DNA from: Candidatus Fervidifonticultor sextus
Lineage (GTDB): Bacteria > Sysuimicrobiota > Sysuimicrobiia > Sysuimicrobiales > Humicultoraceae
Reading direction: 5' to 3'
Length of the DNA stretch: 64,000 nucleotides
Assembly: GCA_031459875.1 (NCBI GenBank)
Contig: JAVKHQ010000002.1
Location: 32,001 to 96,000, forward strand
Both the position numbers and the translations under genes were made by a program. Shown here in pieces: positions 60,361-64,000 of the stretch (position 1 is the stretch's first letter; every line of letters starts with the position of its first letter). The notes under the pieces were generated by a model, which had not been told where the DNA came from, made no database searches, and was given only the letters and a program-made list of their open reading frames with translations.

Positions 60361-61551
60361 GTGGCTGCACCCTCAAGCCCGGCTCCGCGCGCAGGTCTCC
60401 CAAGGGACACCGCCCTGAGGTTTGTCGTCCTGCTGGGAGCCGTCAGCCTGTGTGCCGACGCGACCTACGAGGGAGCCCGGAGCATCACGGGACCCTTTCT
60501 CGCGATCCTCGGTGCTAGCGGCGCGGCCGTCGGCCTGGTGGCGGGGCTGGGGGAGTTGGTCGGCTACGCGCTCCGCCTGGTCTCCGGCTACTGGAGCGAC
60601 CGCACGGGACGGTACTGGGCGATCACGCTGTGGGGCTACGCGCTCAACCTGGTGGCCGTCCCCCTCCTGGCCCTCGCAGGCCAGTGGCCGGTGGCCGCGG
60701 CGCTCATGATCGCCGAGCGAACCGGCAAGGCACTGCGCACGCCCGCCCGCGATGCCATGCTGTCCCATGCCACCAGGAGCATCGGGCGCGGATGGGGTTT
60801 CGGCCTGCACGAAGCCCTGGATCAGATCGGAGCGGTGCTCGGCCCCCTGGTCGTGGCGGCGGCCCTCCACGTCCACGGCAGTTACCGGCTGGGCTTCGCC
60901 GTGCTGCTGATCCCTGCGCTCCTGGCATTGGGTATCCTGGCGGCCGCGCGCCTGCTCTACCCTCGTCCCAGAGACCTCGAGGTGGGTCCCCCGGCGCTGG
61001 ACGCCTCCGGATTCCCGCGCGCCTTCTGGCTCTACCTCGCCGCGGTGGCGCTGGTGGCGGCCGGGTACGTGGATTTCCCGCTCATCGCCTACCACTTCGA
61101 GAAGCGGGCGGTCGCCCCGGCAGGCTGGATTCCCATCTTCTACGCCGTCGCCATGGGGGTGGACGCGCTCGCCGCGCTGCTCTTCGGCCGGATCTTTGAC
61201 CGGATCGGGATCGGGGTTCTGGCGGTCGTGTCTCTGGTCTCCTCGCTGTTCGCGCCCCTGGTCTTCTTGGGGGGATTCCACTTTGCGCTCGCCGGCATGG
61301 CGCTCTGGGGGGTGGGCATCGGCGCGCAGGAGTCGATCATGCGGGCCGCCGTGGCCGGCATGGCGCCCGCACACCGGCGCGGATCCGCCTACGGCCTCTT
61401 CAACGCGGGGTATGGCGTGTTCTGGTTCCTGGGCAGTGCGCTGATGGGGCTGCTCTACGATGTGTCGATCAGGTCACTGATCGTCTTCTCGGTGGCGACG
61501 CAACTGGCCTCCATCCCCCTGATCCTCGCGACGAGACGGGCCGTCCAGTGA
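60361..61551 (+). CDS. MFS transporter
   Basis: DATYEGARSI, SDRTGRYW, ERTGKALRTPARD, LHEALDQIGA. Confidence 0.92.
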   Translation: MAAPSSPAPRAGLPRDTALRFVVLLGAVSLCADATYEGARSITGPFLAILGASGAAVGLVAGLGELVGYALRLVSGYWSDRTGRYWAITLWGYALNLVAVPLLALAGQWPVAAALMIAERTGKALRTPARDAMLSHATRSIGRGWGFGLHEALDQIGAVLGPLVVAAALHVHGSYRLGFAVLLIPALLALGILAAARLLYPRPRDLEVGPPALDASGFPRAFWLYLAAVALVAAGYVDFPLIAYHFEKRAVAPAGWIPIFYAVAMGVDALAALLFGRIFDRIGIGVLAVVSLVSSLFAPLVFLGGFHFALAGMALWGVGIGAQESIMRAAVAGMAPAHRRGSAYGLFNAGYGVFWFLGSALMGLLYDVSIRSLIVFSVATQLASIPLILATRRAVQ

Positions 61552-61575
61552 CTCACCGCCGGAGGGAAGGTCAGC

Positions 61576-62307
61576 CTACCCCCGCCACACCATCCCGGGC
61601 GCGCCGCTGACCTTGTGCAGGACGCGGCGCCAGGCCGTGCGCTCGCCGTCGCTCATCGGTTCCTCCCGGAACCGATAGTCGTGCTTGCGCCAGAACTCCT
61701 CAAGGTCGCGCACCAGGCGCTCCATCAGCCCGCGCTCGGTTTCCAGCAACCACCGTAGCGACGCCTCTCTGCCCACATGGCGCATGACGGCCACGAGGTG
61801 CCGGAGGCAGAGCCCCAGGCTTCCTTCGTAGCGGGTGCGGAAGTCCTGGTCGGGCAGGGCCTGCGCGGTGGCCCACGCGTACCGGTCCTCGCCGTCCCAC
61901 TGGTCGCTGCAGGCAGGACAGGGCCGCCGCGGTTGTAGCCAGGCGCCGACGGCCCGGGCCAGCGACCCGCGCCGCGCCCGGCTCCGGGGCAGCGCCCGCC
62001 GTCCGGCGGCGACCAGCGCGGGTGCTCGGGCCAGGTCGACGAAGGCTCGGTGAAACTCGTCCAGCAGATGCCGGTAGACGATCGCGATGCCGGTGGCGCA
62101 GTCGAAGATGGTGGACAGTTGCCAGGCGTGGGCCGGGCAGAAGCCGCGCGCGTCGATAAACGCCGTGCGCGACCACGGGTCATTCACCCGTTCGTAGAGA
62201 AAGCCGTCGAGGAAGCGCCGGGTTCCGGTCACGCAGAGGTGGCAGATGGCGCAGTGCTGCGCATCAAGCGTCTCATAGACGGCATGGAACAACTGATCTC
62301 GCTGCAT
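61576..62307 (-). CDS. DUF6062-like protein with duplicated CxxC...CxxH zinc sites
   Basis: CAIC..YERVND..GFCPAH; CPAC..GLCLRH; KHDYRF. Confidence 0.8.
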   Translation of the reverse strand: MQRDQLFHAVYETLDAQHCAICHLCVTGTRRFLDGFLYERVNDPWSRTAFIDARGFCPAHAWQLSTIFDCATGIAIVYRHLLDEFHRAFVDLARAPALVAAGRRALPRSRARRGSLARAVGAWLQPRRPCPACSDQWDGEDRYAWATAQALPDQDFRTRYEGSLGLCLRHLVAVMRHVGREASLRWLLETERGLMERLVRDLEEFWRKHDYRFREEPMSDGERTAWRRVLHKVSGAPGMVWRG

Positions 62308-62323
62308 GCCTCAGGTGCGCCCC

Positions 62324-62755
62324 CTAAGGTCCCTCTTCGCCCGCGGGCCGGTCAGACGGCGCGTCCGCGCCTCCCGTTCCCCCTTCACGGTCGGTCAGGG
62401 CCTGCCGCAGACGATCCCGCCGCGCGCGCTGCTGGCGGATCGAGACCTCAAACTGGCGGTTGGAGCGCTCGAGTCCGGTGAGATTCAACCTCAGCGTGCG
62501 GATGGCCTCGTCGGCGATGTAGGCGCGCTGGCGCAGGACCGCCATCTCGGCGCGGGCAGCCATCCACTCGTTCTGGATCTGCTCGATGGTCAGCGACGGC
62601 GCCAGCATGGCGTCAGCGCCGTAGGCCAGCAGGATCTTGACGGCCTCCTGGGGGGTCCAGCCCTTCATAGCGATGAAGGCGTCGAGGCGGGCCCGCAGAC
62701 GGTCGGGGAGGCGCACTGCGATCCGCTCAAGGGATGGGAAGATCACCTCACCCAT
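62324..62755 (-). CDS. Hypothetical protein: RHH-like N-terminus plus coiled coil
   Basis: GGAGGGAAGG SD; IAVRLP-helix-GW-helix, heptad region. Confidence 0.7.
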   Translation of the reverse strand: MGEVIFPSLERIAVRLPDRLRARLDAFIAMKGWTPQEAVKILLAYGADAMLAPSLTIEQIQNEWMAARAEMAVLRQRAYIADEAIRTLRLNLTGLERSNRQFEVSIRQQRARRDRLRQALTDREGGTGGADAPSDRPAGEEGP

Positions 62756-63248
62756 GGAATCCCTTCCCTCCCCTGGCGGGCAACAGGCTGCGAAACCAGT
62801 CTCGGAAGGCACCCCTGCGGCCACGTGGAGGGTCGGCACCGGCGGTCTTTCCGTCGGCCTCCTGCAGGCGAGTCATCAGCGAAGTGCTCTCATCCCGCAG
62901 CGAGCGCATGGTTCGCCGGTTCTGCTGCAGTGCGGCGCCCAGGGCGCGGACGGTCTCGCCCAGTTCGTGGACGATTTTCTCCGCGGCAATCGTCCGGGCA
63001 CGCATCGAGACCAACAGTGCCTGGGTCTCGCGCCGCTTCAGTTCCTGCCGCTCGACCTCCGCCTCCTGACCCGGGTGGCCTTCCAGCGCCTTCCATGCCG
63101 CCTCGTCCCGGAGAAACCGGTCGAGGCCCTGCTCGAGCAACCACGGCAGCCCATCATCGGGCTCTCGCCCGGCGGCATCCAGGGCCCGCCGGATCGTCGC
63201 CCAATCCTCTGCCAACAACTCGACCTCAATACTCCCGGGCACCCCCAC
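62748..63248 (-). CDS. Hypothetical protein: RHH-like N-terminus, coiled coil, C-terminal amphipathic helix (start uncertain)
   Basis: IEVELL-helix-G-helix, heptads, FRDWFRSLL; overlaps next gene. Confidence 0.65.
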   Translation of the reverse strand: MGVPGSIEVELLAEDWATIRRALDAAGREPDDGLPWLLEQGLDRFLRDEAAWKALEGHPGQEAEVERQELKRRETQALLVSMRARTIAAEKIVHELGETVRALGAALQQNRRTMRSLRDESTSLMTRLQEADGKTAGADPPRGRRGAFRDWFRSLLPARGGKGFHG

Positions 63249-63294
63249 GCTGCCACCGTCCTGCGTGCCGACGCTGCAGACCGTGCGCCGAAGC

Positions 63295-63330
63295 AAAAAG
63301 CCCCTACCGACTCTGCCAGTCAGTAGGAGC
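63295..63330 (-). terminator. Riboswitch expression-platform intrinsic terminator
   Basis: GCTCCTACTGACT-GGCAG-AGTCGGTAGGGGC-TTTTT. Confidence 0.85.
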
Positions 63331-63372
63331 TATCAGCCTCGCGTCACAAGGCGATCGGCGAGCTCCATCGCC
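63323..63372 (-). ncRNA. Fluoride (crcB) riboswitch 2
   Basis: Minus strand GGCGATGGAGCTCGCC-GATCGCC-TTGTGACGCGA-GGCTGATAGCTCCTAC; GGAGC/GCTCC pseudoknot pairing. Confidence 0.88.
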
Positions 63373-63392
63373 TATGTACTTGTCGTACATTT

Positions 63393-63421
63393 ATCCTAAA
63401 TCGCATCGGGCGGCTTGTCAA
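63393..63421 (-). promoter_or_regulatory. Sigma-70 promoter TTGACA-17-TAGGAT
   Basis: Upstream of fluoride riboswitch 2. Confidence 0.75.
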
Positions 63422-63481
63422 ACGCAGACTCGGGAGAGCCTGCCTCGTCGGCGAGTCCTGTGCGGCCATCCCTCGGGCCCG

Positions 63482-64000
63482 CTACGCCTCCCGGCCCACC
63501 TCCGCCACTACGATCCCGACCAGAATCAACAAGGCACCAAACGCCTGCCGGCCGCTCAGGACTTCTCCCAGCAGGAGATACGCGGCCACTGCGGCGGCCA
63601 CGGGCTCAAAGGTGAACATCAACCCCGTGTGTGAGGGGCTCGTGAACCGCTGCGCCCAGGTCTGGATCACGAGCGCACCCACGGTGGCGGTGGTCGCCAT
63701 GAAGAGGATCATCCCCCAAATGCCCGGCGGCGCAGCGACCAGCGCGCGCAGGGGGCGCTCCACGGACGCCGCCAGCGTACTGAGCGCCGCCACCGAGACC
63801 ACTTGGGCCGCCGCGAAGGCCAGGGGGTCCAGTGCCGGGCCCAGGCGCCCCACCAGCACAATGTGCAGGGCGAAGCAGAAAGCGCACCCCAGCACCAGCA
63901 GGTCCCCCAGATTGGCGCCGATCGGGTCGTCAAGCGTGAGCAGCGCGAGTCCGGCGCTCGCAGTGGCGATGCCGGCCCAGACCCGGCCCCGGGGGCGGCG
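63482..64000 (-). CDS. DMT/EamA family transporter, 5' truncated by window edge
   Basis: GDLLVLGCA, QTWAQRF, FTFEPVAA, GALLILVG. Confidence 0.88.
   Translation of the reverse strand, partial: RRPRGRVWAGIATASAGLALLTLDDPIGANLGDLLVLGCAFCFALHIVLVGRLGPALDPLAFAAAQVVSVAALSTLAASVERPLRALVAAPPGIWGMILFMATTATVGALVIQTWAQRFTSPSHTGLMFTFEPVAAAVAAYLLLGEVLSGRQAFGALLILVGIVVAEVGREA

Noticed and set aside
63374..63390. ATGTAC-N5-GTACAT palindrome as a repressor operator
   Set aside because: Short and overlapping the transcription start just before the riboswitch; cannot separate from chance, though the RHH-like proteins could be tested on it

Overview
GC-rich bacterial chromosome window (style suggests an Armatimonadota/Chloroflexota-like lineage; inference only), densely coding. 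It contains: a thiolase/DUF35 pair; an ECF sigma/anti-sigma unit; sodA; an FMN-riboswitch-controlled ribDEBAH operon; a DUF3179/CopD-like/cytochrome c/Crp redox cluster; a decaying mercury-resistance island (merA, ArsR, CcdA, TlpA, small CC transporter, possible merB relic, two IS remnants); proS; a DUF4395-thioredoxin pair behind a Cys-containing leader ORF; MarR-protoglobin; an oxalate-oxidoreductase-like 2-oxoacid:ferredoxin oxidoreductase with a TTT transporter and FadR regulator; a GntR-ddl-dapF(Ser/Ser)-apgM operon divergent from an enolase-superfamily/DUF1445/Liv-ABC catabolic operon; and, at the right end, two convergent operons each headed by a fluoride (crcB) riboswitch. One of these controls three uncharacterised proteins (two RHH-like/coiled-coil paralogues plus DUF6062), which is the best candidate for an undescribed system. 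All family calls come from motif recognition by eye, not database searches.
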